From Sphyrna mokarran (lineage: Eukaryota), in assembly GCA_024679065.1 (NCBI GenBank), contig JAGIQG010000003.1, forward strand, positions 38,812,001 to 38,876,000: 64,000 nucleotides of DNA, read 5' to 3'. A program made the position numbers and the translations under genes. Each line of letters begins with the position of its first letter. The stretch's first letter is position 1. The notes under the pieces were generated by a model. That model was not told the origin of the DNA and did no database searches. It worked only from the letters and a program-made list of their open reading frames with translations. This document shows positions 62,421-64,000 of this stretch, one piece after another.

Positions 62421-63287
62421 AGATGGGACTTTCCAAAGTACTCAGCTCCGATTGCTGGTCTTGTGGAGAAAGTTAGATTAATTTAAATCCTAGAACCCTA
62501 AATTATATGCTGAGCAATTGATGTGATTATGTATTCCTGTAAAGTTTTCAGAGAATATTCAAGCAGACGAAAGTCATCACAACTTGGTCACATGGTTGTT
62601 CGTGGGCAAAAAAAAAATATTTAAAAAGAGATGGGCTAAGACAATAAATCTGACAGCAAAGAACTTGGGAGCAATGTGGTTGAAACATTGTGGGTTGAAA
62701 TGAGGCCATCAGATCAAGGAATGAAGCCAGAGGAAACCAAATGGGGAGGCTGAGAAATGGAAATGGAAAGATTCTGCAAGAGATACTACAAAAAAAAGAG
62801 ATAAACTTCTTGATCAAAAATGTTTCCATAAAAGTATTAGACCAGATCTATGACAACTCAAAATGAAGTCTGTGGATTTATACTTGCACTGGGCACCTTG
62901 TGCTTTAAACCCAAAATAATTTCAGGTAAGGCATGGCTCATGTGTTCATTGTGAAAAGTTTTATCAGAACATAGAACCTCCAAACGCCACTTGGAAAAAT
63001 AAAGCAGTCCTGCTGGTTTCATTTCAATGCACCAATCAATTCAATTTAGTGTACAGACAGTCCTTGGATTTGCAACACAATTGGTTCTGAAAACCATGTT
63101 GCAGCTCAAAACCTCGGAAGCTGGAACTGATTTCCCCATCAGAACAATGTTACAAATGGGAGATTGGTTCCTGAATTCAGGTTGAAAATCACTGATGGGG
63201 CGACTGGCAGTGTTAAGTGCTTTCAACTCTTGCCCCATCAAGTCACTAAGGCAGCTGTTGATGCCTCCATGCCACAGCACAAGTTCC

Positions 63288-63293
<6 letters not shown>

Positions 63294-63319
<26 letters not shown>
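63294..63319. repeat. (TG)13 microsatellite followed by G runs
   Basis: Read directly from the sequence. Confidence 0.95.
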
Positions 63320-63779
63320 GGGGGGGGGTGGGGGGGAATAAGTAAACCACCTGATCACTCATTTGCTTGTTTAACTTTGAACTTCTGTAAGTCTGAGTGC
63401 ACGTGTATAAATACATTAAAAATTGCAACTGTTGTCCCTAAAATATTAATAGTTTAGATACTTGTTTCCAACCTAATAAAGACCGTCGAACTGTCCAATC
63501 AAACAGATGGGCTGTGCAGAATTTCAATGCGCACATAGGCTCGTGCTGACATGGCATCACAAAGACAAAACTGACATTGCAAATTGTGTCACTGAGGTGC
63601 CAATTTAGAAATGTTGTAAGTGCCATTTGTCGTAACTCGAATGTCATAAAATCGAGCCTCATCCAGCCACAAAGAGCCTGAACATGAGCACAGGCTATCA
63701 CCACTGATGGTTGTCAGAAAAGTTTCACTTTGAAAGTGCAGCCACTGTTGAATATAGAGGAATCCAGCAACTTTTGCAC

Positions 63780-64000
63780 TGAGCATTGCCCCACAACAGC
63801 AATGAAATAGATGACCTATTTTAATGATGTTAGTTGAAGGGTAAATATGGGTCAGGATGTTAGGAGAACTTCCTTGGTTGTTCTCTAATAGTATAGTCTG
63901 ATATTTTTCAGCAATCTGAGAAGGTATACTACAGCTACTTTCTCACAACCTGCTACTTCCATGTTCAGTTCAACTACTCACAGTGCTGCACTGAAGTCTC
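63780..64000 (-). mobile_element. Deu-domain SINE relic (runs off the window)
   Basis: cccacaacagcaatg...gatgttagttgaagggtaaatatgggtcaggat...cagtgctgcactgaagt. Confidence 0.55.

Overview
Eukaryotic, AT-rich, repeat-dense non-coding DNA, most likely a large intron or intergenic region of an elasmobranch (shark/ray) genome. That assignment rests on HE1/V-type SINEs, CR1 LINEs and Deu-type SINEs recognised by eye. No complete host protein-coding gene, tRNA, rRNA or CRISPR array is supportable, and nearly all long ORFs are transposon-derived. Elements seen: many CR1 fragments, L2 relics, a second non-LTR family with a partner SINE, a rearranged Gypsy relic, a two-gene Harbinger relic with related MITEs, and a GIY-YIG Penelope-like element with several short derivatives. 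Most notable: (1) a young CR1 whose ~530-nt 3' UTR holds a multi-stem RNA fold followed by a built-in SINE-like module; (2) two families of minimal hammerhead-ribozyme motifs in Penelope-derived mini-elements, one with a compensatory U3-A8 core; (3) a 58-bp target duplication around the Penelope insertion; (4) locally templated insertions (a two-donor composite and a perfect 32-bp inverted copy); (5) a 320-bp palindrome. Repeat boundaries are approximate unless a TSD is quoted, and family names come from motif recognition, not database searches.
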